The notes: generated from the sequence alone by a model not told the origin. A DNA stretch of 64,000 nucleotides from Nitrospirota bacterium (GCA_016180645.1 JACPAV010000021.1:1-64000), one strand, 5' to 3'; shown: positions 16,841 through 27,993, counted from the first letter of the stretch. Numbers and translations are program-made.

Positions 16841-17575
16841 TCACGGTGCCGACCACGTGCGCTTGCCATTTGTGTCTGAAAACTCCAGCCAGGGGCCAGA
16901 TGGTGGCAAGAGCAGCTCCACGCGAGGGGTACCTTTGTCGTCAACGAGTGTCAGCTTTGACCCTTCCTTGAGTGTGCCCAGCGCCGCGCGGGGGGTGCCT
17001 TTCCCATCGTTCAAGCTCAGCACCGGCCCGTCATCATTCAATTCCAACTTGGCGCGATGGGTACCCTTCCCGTCCCAGAGGGCAAGCGCCGGCCCAGTCT
17101 CTGTGACGTTCAGGCCGCCGCGGTGAGTGCCCTTCTCGTCGGACAGGACGAGCCCCGATCCCTTATCGGCCTCAATTCTGAGGACAACTCGATTGGTACC
17201 CTTCTCGTCAAACAGGCCCAGTCCTAGTCCTTTCTCGTCCACTCTCAACGCAGCACGGTTGGCTCCTTTCTCATCGAACAGCAACAGGGACGACCCTGCT
17301 TAAGACCCGATCAACTGTGCGCGAGGGGTGCCCTTCTCGTCCCAGAAGGCCAGCACCGGCCCCGCCTCCGTGACGCCCAGGGCGCCGAGATCGTGCCCCC
17401 ATTTGTCCTCCAACACGAATTTACTTGCCCGAATGACCTTCCCGGCTTTCTCAGACGGCCAAGCCAGCGCGCAACCCACGATGACCGGGAACAGTGCAAA
17501 CCACAGCCAGCGGTTGCGCCGCTTCGTAAGGTCCAGCTCATGCTCCAGTTTGCTCAGGCGTTCTTCAATGGTCAT
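16841..17575 (-). pseudogene. membrane-anchored ~22-aa repeat protein split by one in-frame TAA
   Basis: ORFs 17300-17575 and 16841-17284 are in the same frame, separated only by TAA at 17302-17300; the repeat LxLxDEKGTxRxxLxVxxxG continues across the stop. Confidence 0.75.
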
Positions 17576-17729
17576 CTCGACCCCCTTTCGGTGTTAGGAT
17601 TCTTTCTCAATTTGCATCCATCCTAGTCCGCGTCTATCCCAGTGTCCAAGGAAGCCGGAGGCGGGGTAGGTGGTCCTTGCGATAGCTCATGCGTTGCCGG
17701 TCCTCGCAGGGCATGGTAGAGAAGCGGCC

Positions 17730-17933
17730 ATGACAAAAGGCACCGTCCGGCGAATTGAGAAAATCGTAGAGATTGCAACACAACTAGGCATGGCCGCCGT
17801 CATCGGTGGAACGGCGGATGCCGTGGTGGACGGTACGCGCAAGGGGCTGGACCTGTTCGGGATCATCATGGGTGCCCTATCTCTCGCCGTTGCAGTCTGG
17901 TTGACGGGACGGGTGAACGGAGATAAGCTATGA
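17730..17933 (+). CDS. small two-TM membrane protein
   Basis: MTKGTVRRIEKIVEIATQLGMAAVIGG...LFGIIMGALSLAVAVWLTGR; stop overlaps the next ATG (ATGA). Confidence 0.55.
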   Translation: MTKGTVRRIEKIVEIATQLGMAAVIGGTADAVVDGTRKGLDLFGIIMGALSLAVAVWLTGRVNGDKL

Positions 17934-18052
17934 ACATGGATGCAGCCAGTACGGTTCTTTTTGTCGCCTTCGCGGGGGTAGGCTTGTTCGCCATGGGTGC
18001 CGCCCTCTACGGCTTTCTAGCCACCCGTTCCAAGACCCCCGCCCATAATTAG
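17930..18052 (+). CDS. 40-aa single-TM peptide
   Basis: Manual translation MNMDAASTVLFVAFAGVGLFAMGAALYGFLATRSKTPAHN; coupled to the preceding ORF. Confidence 0.5.
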   Translation: MNMDAASTVLFVAFAGVGLFAMGAALYGFLATRSKTPAHN

Positions 18053-18139
18053 CTTTTCCCCTCCGGCCATCCTCCCCCCTTCACTGCATCTCCGGCGATA
18101 GAAAAACGCTTTTTTCAACATCGGGACCCTTGCGGTAGC

Positions 18140-18848
18140 TCACTGTCTCGGTCCGATCACCCGCCGGACAAGTTCAGGGACCGCCAGGGGATGACAGTTA
18201 GCGCACACAGTAACCCCGTGGATGCTCACCCAGAAGGTAGACCCCCCGCAACCCCAACACGGACGAGAAGAATCCTCCTTTCCGCCAAGGGGTAGCGGAA
18301 TTTGGGGACTTGGCGGAAGCATCTACCATGACGGAAAGGGCTGATTTGAGCCGGTCCAAGTAGGCAAGGGAACGGTCACAAGGCTTCCCTTCCCGGCGCG
18401 AGCGCCCAGAATGATGGAGAACGAGTCCTGCCGCACCCGTTCGCCGGAGGACGTTTTCCCACGCGACAGAAATTGCCGTTCCTTCCGCGTTGTCGTTTTC
18501 CCTCGCCATCCTCCAAGTCTTATTAAGCGTGTCCAGGACGACGAGAACGACACCTTCACCGTGGATGATACTCGTCAGTTCGGTGGCATCGCGCATAAGA
18601 TCGAGTTCGGAAAGAAAAAAAAGATTGTCCGGCCAGCCGCCCATGTTGTCCAGTTTCTCTTTCAAGTTCCAGGTTGGATTTTCCGTAGCGACGAACAATA
18701 CCGGGCCGGATTTCGACGGGGTGATTCCCACAAGATCACCGCCCCCAGCGATTGCACGCGCCACCGCAAGTGCGAACGTAGTCTTGCCCTCGCCCGTGGG
18801 CGCATTGAGAATTGTCGAGAGGGTAGGGAAAAGGTACTCGCCCCACAA
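18140..18848 (-). pseudogene. RepA/AAA_25-type helicase fragment plus out-of-frame Zn-finger tail
   Basis: Walker A APTGEGKT, VLFVATE, Walker B VVLDTL, LVLHHSGR; no good N-terminus; a different frame carries CWGCGGSTFW...CANCHP. Confidence 0.65.
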
Positions 18849-19082
18849 CCCCGTGATGCGCTGTTCACTCTCCGCGTGAAAGCAATCGCGCCACGGGCAA
18901 GCAGTCGCGGTTTCCGCATGGCGCGAAGATCCAGAGCGGAAATTCTCACTCCAAATTTACTCCAAATTTCGTACCCTAATTCCATGTAACGGCTTGTCAT
19001 CGGTTTTCACGTCGATTGGAAATCGGACGATCTTTCAAGGGTGAATGACAGTCAGTGAGGATAGATGACGGTAGCCTTTGAA

Positions 19083-19123
19083 ATCCGAAGTCTGATGCTC
19101 TATCCATTGAGCTACAGGCGCAA
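19083..19123 (-). repeat. att site: 5' half of tRNA-Arg
   Basis: Identical to 16049-16089, running from just before the tRNA 5' end through the anticodon loop, then diverging. Confidence 0.9.
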
Positions 19124-19214
19124 GGACGCGCAGTCCCTGCCGTACGCCGAGCCACGAAGGTGAGGCCCGGCCAATCGGCAGGGGCAGGCGTACTATCTTC
19201 ATCGTCGCGGGCAT

Positions 19215-19285
19215 CCCCATCGCCACGAGGGCATGGGGCCATGATATGTCGCCGTGCCACGGATGGCACGGCATTGAACATGGCC
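19215..19285 (-). repeat. double-hairpin dispersed repeat (partner at 37211-37281)
   Basis: GGCCATGTTCAATGCCGTGCCATCCGTGGCACGGCGACATATCATGGCCCCATGCCCTCGTGGCGATGGGG aligns with 37211-37281. Confidence 0.7.
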
Positions 19286-19473
19286 TGCCCGCCGTCAAAG
19301 GATGATAGTGCGGCCGACCTCACGTCGGGCCACGTTGAATGGGGTCGATTGTACAGAAAATCAAACCGGCCACCAGTTGAAGGATCAGGACTTCGACTGC
19401 CGACAACGGAAGCAGTTCGGCTCAATCGAACCCCGCCTTGGGCGTGATCGCCCGTGGGGTTTGGCTCTCTTCG

Positions 19474-21759
19474 TTACTCGAGAAAGTTGAGGGGTGGTAC
19501 GCCGCCTGTGGTCTGGGGCGGGGTTGGCGAGGGAGGTGCAGCGCGACGCCACGGCCACTTCCGTCCTCGGAGCGTCGGCCGCGGGCGGGCATCGGCCTCG
19601 GGGGTGTAGCCCTTGCGCTGATAGCGGTAAAGATAGCGAGGATAGAGATAGGGGCCTTGGTAGTCGATGTCGTTCAAGACCATCCCGATCAGATTCGCTC
19701 CTACGCCTTTCATCGTATCGACGGCGCGAAGGAGCATGTCCCTGGGCGTACGCCCGACCCGGTAGACCAGGACGACGCCGTCCACGTGGGGCCCGATCAC
19801 GGCGGCGTCCGCCACCGGAAGGATGGGAGGGCAGTCGATGATGACCACCTCGAAATCTTTCTTCACCTCCTCCAGGAAATGCCGGTTCATGAGCTGCTCG
19901 ATCGTCTCGGAGGGATGAACCGGTGCTGGACCGGCCGGAAGAATTTTCAAGTTCTCCAATCCTGGAAACCTTTGAACCGACTTGGGATCCAGCCCGTCGA
20001 GGATCAAGTCGTAGATCGAACGGACCACCTCTTTGTAACCGACGCCGTCGGTGGTGATGCTGGTCAGGCCTCGATCGAGCCGGAGCGGGAAAATCTTGTG
20101 CAGGGTGGGACGCCGGGTATTCGCTTCGATGAGCAGCGTGGAATAGTTCGATTGGGCAAACGCAATCGCGAGATTGGAGGTGACAAACGACTTGCCTTCC
20201 TGCGGCGTGGCGCTCGTGACCAGGAACACCTGGCGGTCGCTCCGCCCCCTTCGCATCCCCATCCGCAGGATTCGGAAAGCCTCGCTGGTAGGGTGCTTGG
20301 GGTAGTAGTGGGCCACCATGGCGGTGTCGGGCGGGATCTTGGAACCCGCTGGATCGGACGACGGGGAGGAGCGGCCGTTCCCGCTTTCGCGGAGATCGAA
20401 ATGGGGGATGACGGAAAAGACCGGAAGTTTCACCAAGGCCTCGATTTCGGAAACGTTCTCCAGAGAAAAATCGAAAGCTTCCCGGAGGAACGCCAGTCCC
20501 AATCCCACGATGAGGCCCATGAGCAGGATGGGAATAACCGGGGCCAGGCCGAACTGGGATTTGTCCGGATGCGCGGGCAGGAGCGCGTATTCGATGACCC
20601 GGACGAAGTCATCCCGATTTCGCGATTCGAATTCGGCGGTTTGCCACGCCTTCTGCATCTCATCCAGCATCTCCTGGTCGTGCTCGACTTTCCGCTGGAG
20701 CCGTACGAGCTGGATCTCATCCTCCAGGTAGCTTGTTTTGGCCGCTTCAATCCGGTTCTTTTGCATGGCGATGTCGTTTTCCCGGCGGAGGATTTGCAAT
20801 TCGAGTTGTTCGATCGTTCGTATGAGATCCAATCGCAGGCTCTTGAGCCGGGAATCCAATTCCAGGATGACAGGATGTTGCGGGGTCAGTTCGGACGTCT
20901 TCTCCTGTTTTTCCGAAAGAACGCGGATGAAATTCTGCCGGAGCTGCTCATAGTTGGGCGGCGCGTTGGGGATGTCGAGCGAAGGCAGGCTGGGCTGGCG
21001 CTCCAGGTACGGTGCCTGTAGCGCCTGCAGGGTTTCCCCCAAAGCCGATTTCTGATTCTCGAGGTCCTCCTGTATCTCCTCAAGTTCGATCAGCTTGGAA
21101 AGGTGGAGCTTCAACGAGGATTCGACCTCCAGGAGTCGGTGCGAGATCTTGAACTCCCCGAGCGCGCGCTCGTCCGCTTCCAACGCGGCTTCCAGCCGCA
21201 TCCTCTGCTTTCGGGCCGCTTCCTGGGCGGTGGCGGACTGCTCCCGGCTGTTGAGCCCTCGGTACCATTTGTAGGCCTCGGCCGTGAGGTTGGCGATGTC
21301 GCGCGACTCCTTCGCATTCGACGACGTGACCTCGATATCGACGATGGAGGTTCTCTGTCGTTGCCGAGGGCGGATCATCCCCTGGATGGATTTGACGATG
21401 GGAAAGTACTGGTCGTTCTGGAGGATCTCCTCGTGCTTGAGGTCCGCCGGAATGCGGCCGAGCTTCCGGGCCACTTGGATGACCACCGGGAGGCTGTTGA
21501 CCACATGCACTTCCGTGCTCAGGTCCGTCCACGCGAAGCTTGTGCCCCCAGGGGCGGCGTAGGAGACCTGCTGAATTTCGACACTCGCCTGGGTGCGGTA
21601 AGACGTCCCCCGGGTCCGCGTGAACACGACCGACAGCACGATGGAGACGGACAAACATAGGAGGATGATCCACTTTCTCTTGAGGATGACCCGCGAGATG
21701 TCGAGGATCGAAGGCTTCGGCCCGGCAGATCCTTGGGCCGACGGACGGCTCTCGGGCAT
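19474..21759 (-). CDS. Wzc/GumC-like co-polymerase with BY-kinase domain (copy 2)
   Basis: Same architecture as 5324-7672; SATPQEGKS, VVIIDCPP, YQGPYLYPRYLYRYQRKGY. Confidence 0.9.
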   Translation of the reverse strand: MPESRPSAQGSAGPKPSILDISRVILKRKWIILLCLSVSIVLSVVFTRTRGTSYRTQASVEIQQVSYAAPGGTSFAWTDLSTEVHVVNSLPVVIQVARKLGRIPADLKHEEILQNDQYFPIVKSIQGMIRPRQRQRTSIVDIEVTSSNAKESRDIANLTAEAYKWYRGLNSREQSATAQEAARKQRMRLEAALEADERALGEFKISHRLLEVESSLKLHLSKLIELEEIQEDLENQKSALGETLQALQAPYLERQPSLPSLDIPNAPPNYEQLRQNFIRVLSEKQEKTSELTPQHPVILELDSRLKSLRLDLIRTIEQLELQILRRENDIAMQKNRIEAAKTSYLEDEIQLVRLQRKVEHDQEMLDEMQKAWQTAEFESRNRDDFVRVIEYALLPAHPDKSQFGLAPVIPILLMGLIVGLGLAFLREAFDFSLENVSEIEALVKLPVFSVIPHFDLRESGNGRSSPSSDPAGSKIPPDTAMVAHYYPKHPTSEAFRILRMGMRRGRSDRQVFLVTSATPQEGKSFVTSNLAIAFAQSNYSTLLIEANTRRPTLHKIFPLRLDRGLTSITTDGVGYKEVVRSIYDLILDGLDPKSVQRFPGLENLKILPAGPAPVHPSETIEQLMNRHFLEEVKKDFEVVIIDCPPILPVADAAVIGPHVDGVVLVYRVGRTPRDMLLRAVDTMKGVGANLIGMVLNDIDYQGPYLYPRYLYRYQRKGYTPEADARPRPTLRGRKWPWRRAAPPSPTPPQTTGGVPPLNFLE

Positions 21760-22680
21760 TTAGGCGAGCGCCTCTCCGATGGTGATCATGGGATATCGGC
21801 GAAGGTCCAGGAGCTGTTCGGTGCCCGCTCCGTTCTCATGCTCAAGGATCTCCACCACGGGTTTCATGGGAGTCTCGGGATTGGGCTTGTGCACCCGCGC
21901 CAGTTTTCCGCTGGAGAGCTTCACCAGGGAACCGGGTGGATAGGGGGTGATGCGCCGGAGGGCGGCCAGCCAAAGATGGCGCGGGAATTGATCCCGAGAC
22001 TGTCCGAGGAGAAGTGAAAATCCGTCGAAGAATGATTGAGGCGCGCGGTGGGGCCGGAAGTGGGTGACACTCTCGACCGAATCGCAAAAGCCCACGATCT
22101 TGGCCAGGTGCTCAATCTCCTCTCCCCTCAAGCGATGCGGGTAGCCGCTCCCGTCCTCGCGTTCCTGTTCCTGAAGCGACAGCCTGGAGAAAGCTTTCTT
22201 GAGCCGGGAGTCTTGGAGGAGCCGGGCGCCTCGCTCCGGATGTGTCTGAACCACCTTGCGCTCCTCCTCGGTGAACTTCCTTCCCACCTTGAGGAGATCC
22301 TCCGGAAGATCGAACATGCCGACGTCGTGCAGGAGTCCGCCAGCGCCGAGGATGAGAAGATCCTTGCCCTCCACGGACATCTCCCGGCCCAAGGAGAGGC
22401 TCAGAATGGCCACGTTGATGGAGTGGTCATAAAGGAAGTGGGATCGATACTCGCCTTCGTTGGGATGGAAGACGGATTTCAGCCATCCGTCGGGATGAAG
22501 GGCAAGGTCGGAAGCCATTTCGGTCAGGATGGAGAACAAACGGTGCTCCTCGGTGTCCCGCCCGTTTCGCAGGCGATCGACAAAACGCATCAATTCCTCG
22601 CGCGCGGTGCGCACCAGCGAATCAATGCGTTCCCGTTCGCGGGCGGCCACCCTTGATTCATCACGACCCGTGCTGCTCAT
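21760..22680 (-). CDS. HD-GYP domain protein, degenerate (copy 2)
   Basis: HSINV, LLHDVG, QEQEREDGSGYP, RPHR; the stop codon abuts the ATG of Wzc copy 2. Confidence 0.88.
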   Translation of the reverse strand: MSSTGRDESRVAARERERIDSLVRTAREELMRFVDRLRNGRDTEEHRLFSILTEMASDLALHPDGWLKSVFHPNEGEYRSHFLYDHSINVAILSLSLGREMSVEGKDLLILGAGGLLHDVGMFDLPEDLLKVGRKFTEEERKVVQTHPERGARLLQDSRLKKAFSRLSLQEQEREDGSGYPHRLRGEEIEHLAKIVGFCDSVESVTHFRPHRAPQSFFDGFSLLLGQSRDQFPRHLWLAALRRITPYPPGSLVKLSSGKLARVHKPNPETPMKPVVEILEHENGAGTEQLLDLRRYPMITIGEALA

Positions 22681-22822
22681 GGCCCTCCTGTAGGTAAATC
22701 ACATGCTAGCACAGTGGACCGGACAAGGAAAGTGGGGATCCTCTCCCGCCGAAGGACGGAGGAGGAGAACCCTGTCGGGTGGGCCTCGGCCGGCTCGTCG
22801 AGCGGTACGGGGGCGAATGCGC

Positions 22823-22851
22823 TTGACACCTCCAGGTCGAGTTGCTATGAA
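22823..22851 (+). promoter_or_regulatory. sigma70-type promoter of lrp-gltBD
   Basis: TTGACA-17 bp-TATGAA with an extended TGn, upstream of ATG 22877. Confidence 0.55.
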
Positions 22852-22876
22852 AAAGACCTGTGAATCAAAGGCAACA

Positions 22877-23413
22877 ATGGAAAAAAACCTTACAAAATTA
22901 GGCAAAGATCCCCATTCGCTTGACGAGATAGACATCGGGATCCTCGCCCTCCTTCAGGAGAACTGCAAACTCCCGCTCGCCCGGATCGGCCGGAAGGTCG
23001 GTCTCAGCGCGCCGTCGGTCATCGATCGGATCAAGAGGATGGAGGAGGAAGGGCTCATCCAAGGCTACCATGCGCGTCTGGATGCCCGAAAGCTGGGGAA
23101 GGACGTCACCGGCTTTGTGGGCGTGTCGATCGCCCACCCGAGGCAGATCGACCCTTTCGTAACCGCCGTCCGGTCCATGCGGGAGATTCTGGAGTGCCAC
23201 CACGTCACCGGCGGGTATACGCTTCTGCTCAAGGTGAAGCTGGAAAACACGACCGCCTTGGAGGACCTCATCCGCAGAATCCGTTCGCAGGCGGGCGTTG
23301 AACGTACCGAAACCATGATCGCCCTGTCCACCCCCACCGAACGAGTCCAGATCGATCTGGGGTCCGCGTCTGAAAACGGCCACAACGGTGGCAAGCGCCG
23401 GAGAAAACCATGA
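22877..23413 (+). CDS. Lrp/AsnC family transcriptional regulator
   Basis: [50 protein letters not shown]...ECHHVTG; start moved downstream of the promoter; stop overlaps the gltB ATG. Confidence 0.92.
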   Translation: MEKNLTKLGKDPHSLDEIDIGILALLQENCKLPLARIGRKVGLSAPSVIDRIKRMEEEGLIQGYHARLDARKLGKDVTGFVGVSIAHPRQIDPFVTAVRSMREILECHHVTGGYTLLLKVKLENTTALEDLIRRIRSQAGVERTETMIALSTPTERVQIDLGSASENGHNGGKRRRKP

Positions 23414-26400
23414 CCGGTCAGTCGCTCCGGCCCCAAGGGCTTTATCATCCCGACCACGAGCACGATTCGTGCGGCGTCGGGTTCGTCGTCGACATGAAAG
23501 GGGTCCCTTCAAACGACATTCTTCGGAAAGGCATCGAAGTCCTGAACAACCTCACGCATCGGGGAGCGTGCGGCTGCGACCCGCTCACGGGCGACGGCGC
23601 GGGCATCCTGTTCCAAATCCCACACGCGTTTTTCGAAAAGGAGTGCGCCAAGCTGGATCTTCTGCTCCCGGCGCCGGGGGAATATGCCGTCGGAATGGTC
23701 TTTCTTCCCAGGGAAGTCTCCCAGCGCGATTCGTGCGAGCAGGCCTTCGAGAAAATTGTTCGTCGCGAGGGACAGCGACTTCTAGGCTGGCGCGAAGTTC
23801 CCGTCGATCCCTCCCAGTGCGGTCCTCAGGCGCGGGAGATCCGCCCCGAGATCCGTCAGATCTTCATCGCGCCGGGGCGGAACGTTTTTGGGCAGGACGC
23901 CTTCGAGCGGAAACTTCTCGTCATCCGCAAGCAGATCGAGAACTGGGTGCGCGGATCGGGCCTCCGGGACGCCGACGCGTTCCACATCCCGAGCCTGTCC
24001 AGCCGGACGATTGTGTACAAGGGCCTTCTCATTTCTCACCAGATTCCCCGGTTCTATCTCGATCTTCAGAATCCGATGCTGGCGAGCGCCATCGCCATGG
24101 TCCACCAACGCTTCAGCACGAACACGCTTCCCTCATGGGACCGCGCGCATCCTTACCGCTTCCTCTGCCACAACGGCGAAATCAACACGCTGCGCGGAAA
24201 CATCAATTGGATGCATGCGCGGCAGGCGCTGTTCCAGTCCCCGTTGTTCAAGGACGACATCAGGAAGATCATGCCGGTCATTTCACCCGGCGGGAGCGAC
24301 TCCGCCATGTTCGACAACGCCCTTGAGCTGCTTGTCCACACCGGTCGTTCGCTTCCCCACGCCATGATGATGATGATCCCGGAGGCGTGGCAGAAACATC
24401 AGCTCATGGATGAAACCAAGAAGGCCTTTTATGAGTACCATGCGTGCATCGTGGAGCCGTGGGATGGTCCGGCCTCCATCGCCTTCACGGACGGGCGTGT
24501 GGTCGGCGCGGTGCTGGACCGGAACGGACTGCGCCCCTCGCGCTACGTGGTCACCAAGGACGGTCTGGTGGTCATGGCGTCCGAAGTGGGCGTGCTGGAC
24601 ATTCCGGCCGAGAACATCCTCCTGAAGGGTCGGCTGCAACCCGGCAGGATGTTTCTCGTGGATCTGGCCAAGGGACGGATCGTGGCGGACGAGGAGATCA
24701 AAGCCGAGATCGCCGCGCGCAAGCCGTACCGCCGCTGGCTCGACGACCAGTTGGTGAAACTGGAAGACCTGCCTTCCCACAAGATGCTGCCCGAATCGCT
24801 CAAGCCGGCCGATCTCCTGCGGCGTCAGCTTGCCCACGGGTACACGCTGGAGGATCTCCGCCTCCTGATGGTTCCGATGGCGCTCAACGGGCAGGATGCC
24901 GTGGGCTCGATGGGTGTGGACACGCCGCTCGCGGTCTTGTCGGAACGGCCCCAGCTCCTGTTCAGCTATTTCAAACAGCTCTTCGCCCAGGTCACGAATC
25001 CTCCGATCGATCCCCTGCGGGAAGATCTCGTCATGTCCATTGAAACCACCCTCGGGCCCGAAAGGAATCTTTTTGAAGAGACGCCGGACCACGCCCGAAA
25101 GATCAGGCTGACGTCACCCACGCTAACGAACGAAGAACTGGCCCGGCTCAAGGAATTGAATCAGCCCGGCCTCGTCTCCCACACGATTCCCGCGCTGTTC
25201 GAGGCGCGGAGGGGTCCGGACGGACTCCGCTCGGCGCTGGACGAACTGTGTCGGCGGTCTGCGGAGGCGATCGACGGGGGAGCGACGATCCTCATCCTGT
25301 CCGATCGAGGCATGGACCAGACCCATGCGGCGATCCCGAGCCTCCTCGCCGTCTCCGCCGTGCATCACCACCTCATCCGGGAAGGAAAACGTGTGCGGGC
25401 GGGCCTCGTGATCGAAACGGGCGAACCGCGAGAGGTGATGCACTTCTGCCTGCTGATGGGATATGGCGCGGGGGCGGTCAATCCTTACCTGGCGTATGAA
25501 TCGGTCCGACAGCTCGTGCGCGAGGGCATCATCAAGGAGGTGGACGACGACGAGGCGGTCACGCGCTACCGAAAAGCCGTGGACAAGGGACTGCTCAAAG
25601 TCGCCACCAAGATGGGGATCTCTACGTTGCAGAGCTATCGAGGCGCGCAGATCTTCGAAGCCATCGGCATCAACAAGGAGGTCATCGACAAGTATTTCAC
25701 GTGGACCGCTTCCCGCATCGAGGGCATCGGGATGGACACGATTGCCCGCGAGACGTTGATCCGGCATGAGAAATCTGTTGCGGAGTCTGCCGGCGCGGGC
25801 GCCGACCTTGAGGCCGGCGGGCAATATCAGTGGCGCCGGCGGGGAGAGTTTCACCTCCTGAACCCGGACACCATCGGGAAGCTCCAGCACGCGGTGCGGA
25901 GCAAGAACCCGGCGACGTACAAGGAGTTCGCCGAGATGGTCAACAATCAGAACCAGCGGTTGGCGACGATCCGCGGGCTCCTCCGTTTCAAACCGGGGAA
26001 ACCGGTTCCGTTGGATGAGGTGGAGCCGGCCGCGGAGATTGTGAAGCGGTTTGCCACGGGCGCCATGTCGCTCGGGTCCATCAGCCGCGAGGCGCACGAG
26101 ACCCTTGCCGTGGCCATGAACCGGATCGGCGGGAAGAGCAATACGGGCGAAGGGGGCGAGGATCCTGAACGCTACCTTCCGGATCCGAACGGAGATTCCC
26201 GGCGAAGCGCCATCAAGCAGGTGGCGTCGGCCCGATTCGGGGTGACCATCGGTTACCTCATCAACAGCGACGACCTCCAGATCAAGATCGCCCAGGGCGC
26301 GAAGCCCGGCGAGGGGGGTCAGTTGCCGGGGCACAAGGTGAGCGAGTACATCGCAAAGGTCCGGTACTCGGTTCCCGGCGTGGGGCTGATCTCCCCCCCC

Positions 26401-27945
26401 CCGCACCACGACATCTATTCGATCGAGGACATCGCCCAGCTCATCCACGACCTGAAAAACGCGAATCCCCAGGCGAGAGTCCACGTCAAACTGGTGGCGG
26501 AGGTGGGCGTAGGCACGGTGGCGGCGGGCGTCGCCAAGGCGAAGGCGGATGTGGTGCTCATCAGCGGCTACGAGGGCGGCACGGGGGCCTCGCCGCTCAC
26601 CTCCATCCAGCACGCCGGCATCCCCTGGGAATTGGGATTGGCCGAGACGCAGCAGGTCCTCGTGATGAACGGCCTTCGCGGACGGATCATTGTCCAGACG
26701 GACGGCAAGATGCAGACCGGGAGGGACGTTGCCATCGCGGCCCTTCTGGGCGCGGAGGAGTTCGGCTTCTCCACGCTTCCCCTCGTGGCCCTCGGTTGCA
26801 TCATGATGCGGGTCTGCCACCTCAACACCTGTCCGGTCGGAATCGCCACGCAGGATCCGCTCCTTCGGAAGAAATTTGCCGGCGAGCCCGAGCACGTCAT
26901 CAATTATTTCTTCTTTGTTGCGGAGGAGCTCAGGCAGATCATGGCGGAACTCGGGTTCCGAAAAGTGGCCGACATGGTGGGTCGAACGGACAAGCTTGAG
27001 ATGCGCGACGCCATCGACCACTGGAAGGCCAAAGGCCTCGATTTCACCCCGCTCCTCCACAAGGTGGAGTCTTCGTCTACAGCGGCGATCCGGTGCGTGG
27101 AGGCGCAGGACCACGGGCTTGAAAACGCACTCGATCACGTCCTGATCCAACTTTCCCGCGAGGCCATCGAGCAGAAAAAGCCGGTCGAAATTCGGATGCC
27201 GATCCGGAACTCCAACCGGTGCGTCGGCACGATGCTCAGCGGCGAGATTGCGAAGAAGTACGGGGATGAGGGGCTCCCCCCAGAGACGATCCAGATTTAC
27301 TTCGAGGGATCCGCGGGCCAGAGTTTCGGTGCATTCCTTGCGCATGGCGTCTCGCTGACGTTGGAAGGCGATGCGAACGACTACACGGCCAAGGGCCTTT
27401 CCGGGGGGCGCGTGGTGGTTCATCCACCGTCGGCCTCCACGTTTGTGGCGGAGGAGAACATTCTGGTGGGAAACGTCGTCCTCTACGGAGCCACCGGCGG
27501 AGAGGCGTATTTCAGGGGGATCGCGGGCGAACGATTCGCCGTCCGGAACAGCGGGGCAACCGCGGTGGTGGAAGGCGTGGGCGACCACGGGTGCGAATAC
27601 ATGACTCGGGGAACCGTGCTCGTTCTTGGAAGGACGGGTCGCAATTTCGCGGCCGGCATGAGCGGCGGGGTGGCCTACGTGCTCGATGTGGACCGCGATT
27701 TCAAGAAGAAGTGCAATACGGGCATGGTCGAACTTCAGGAACTCATGGACCCATCGGATGTCTCCACGGTCCGCCGTCTCCTCCAACGGCATTTGCAATT
27801 CACGAAGAGTGCGGTGGCGGATCGCATTCTCAAGCGTTGGGATGACTACCGGACTCTGTTCGTGAAAGTCCTCCCCGTCGAATACAAGAAGGTCCTTGCC
27901 CATCAGCACCTGAGCGAGGAAGCGCTCAAGCTCGCGGCGGTCTAG
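23410..27945 (+). CDS. gltB: glutamate synthase large subunit
   Basis: [10 protein letters not shown] (Ntn Cys), [51 protein letters not shown] (3Fe-4S), C-terminal GXGXG domain; 1511 aa. Confidence 0.98.
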   Translation: MTGQSLRPQGLYHPDHEHDSCGVGFVVDMKGVPSNDILRKGIEVLNNLTHRGACGCDPLTGDGAGILFQIPHAFFEKECAKLDLLLPAPGEYAVGMVFLPREVSQRDSCEQAFEKIVRREGQRLLGWREVPVDPSQCGPQAREIRPEIRQIFIAPGRNVFGQDAFERKLLVIRKQIENWVRGSGLRDADAFHIPSLSSRTIVYKGLLISHQIPRFYLDLQNPMLASAIAMVHQRFSTNTLPSWDRAHPYRFLCHNGEINTLRGNINWMHARQALFQSPLFKDDIRKIMPVISPGGSDSAMFDNALELLVHTGRSLPHAMMMMIPEAWQKHQLMDETKKAFYEYHACIVEPWDGPASIAFTDGRVVGAVLDRNGLRPSRYVVTKDGLVVMASEVGVLDIPAENILLKGRLQPGRMFLVDLAKGRIVADEEIKAEIAARKPYRRWLDDQLVKLEDLPSHKMLPESLKPADLLRRQLAHGYTLEDLRLLMVPMALNGQDAVGSMGVDTPLAVLSERPQLLFSYFKQLFAQVTNPPIDPLREDLVMSIETTLGPERNLFEETPDHARKIRLTSPTLTNEELARLKELNQPGLVSHTIPALFEARRGPDGLRSALDELCRRSAEAIDGGATILILSDRGMDQTHAAIPSLLAVSAVHHHLIREGKRVRAGLVIETGEPREVMHFCLLMGYGAGAVNPYLAYESVRQLVREGIIKEVDDDEAVTRYRKAVDKGLLKVATKMGISTLQSYRGAQIFEAIGINKEVIDKYFTWTASRIEGIGMDTIARETLIRHEKSVAESAGAGADLEAGGQYQWRRRGEFHLLNPDTIGKLQHAVRSKNPATYKEFAEMVNNQNQRLATIRGLLRFKPGKPVPLDEVEPAAEIVKRFATGAMSLGSISREAHETLAVAMNRIGGKSNTGEGGEDPERYLPDPNGDSRRSAIKQVASARFGVTIGYLINSDDLQIKIAQGAKPGEGGQLPGHKVSEYIAKVRYSVPGVGLISPPPHHDIYSIEDIAQLIHDLKNANPQARVHVKLVAEVGVGTVAAGVAKAKADVVLISGYEGGTGASPLTSIQHAGIPWELGLAETQQVLVMNGLRGRIIVQTDGKMQTGRDVAIAALLGAEEFGFSTLPLVALGCIMMRVCHLNTCPVGIATQDPLLRKKFAGEPEHVINYFFFVAEELRQIMAELGFRKVADMVGRTDKLEMRDAIDHWKAKGLDFTPLLHKVESSSTAAIRCVEAQDHGLENALDHVLIQLSREAIEQKKPVEIRMPIRNSNRCVGTMLSGEIAKKYGDEGLPPETIQIYFEGSAGQSFGAFLAHGVSLTLEGDANDYTAKGLSGGRVVVHPPSASTFVAEENILVGNVVLYGATGGEAYFRGIAGERFAVRNSGATAVVEGVGDHGCEYMTRGTVLVLGRTGRNFAAGMSGGVAYVLDVDRDFKKKCNTGMVELQELMDPSDVSTVRRLLQRHLQFTKSAVADRILKRWDDYRTLFVKVLPVEYKKVLAHQHLSEEALKLAAV

Positions 27946-27970
27946 GGCAATGGGATCAAGGTTTCAACCT

Positions 27971-27993
27971 GTAGCGGAGCCTTCAGGCTCCGC
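27971..27993 (+). repeat. single GTAG-type REP between gltB and gltD
   Basis: GTAGCGGAGCCTTCAGGCTCCGC, perfect 9-bp stem. Confidence 0.65.

Larger units (their letters stand above)
16049..19123. mobile_element. decayed ~3-kb integrative element (satellite-like) inserted at tRNA-Arg
   Basis: 41-bp direct repeat at 16049-16089 and 19083-19123; contains an integrase remnant, RHH-like regulator, AAA helicase fragment and small membrane ORFs. Confidence 0.85.

Noticed and set aside
17300-17302. Programmed stop-codon readthrough or recoding
   Set aside because: The codon is TAA, used as a normal stop elsewhere (e.g. gltD), and it lies in a decaying element; nonsense mutation is simpler.
19083-19123. 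Second tRNA gene or split tRNA
   Set aside because: No T-arm or 3' acceptor strand follows; it is the att duplication.
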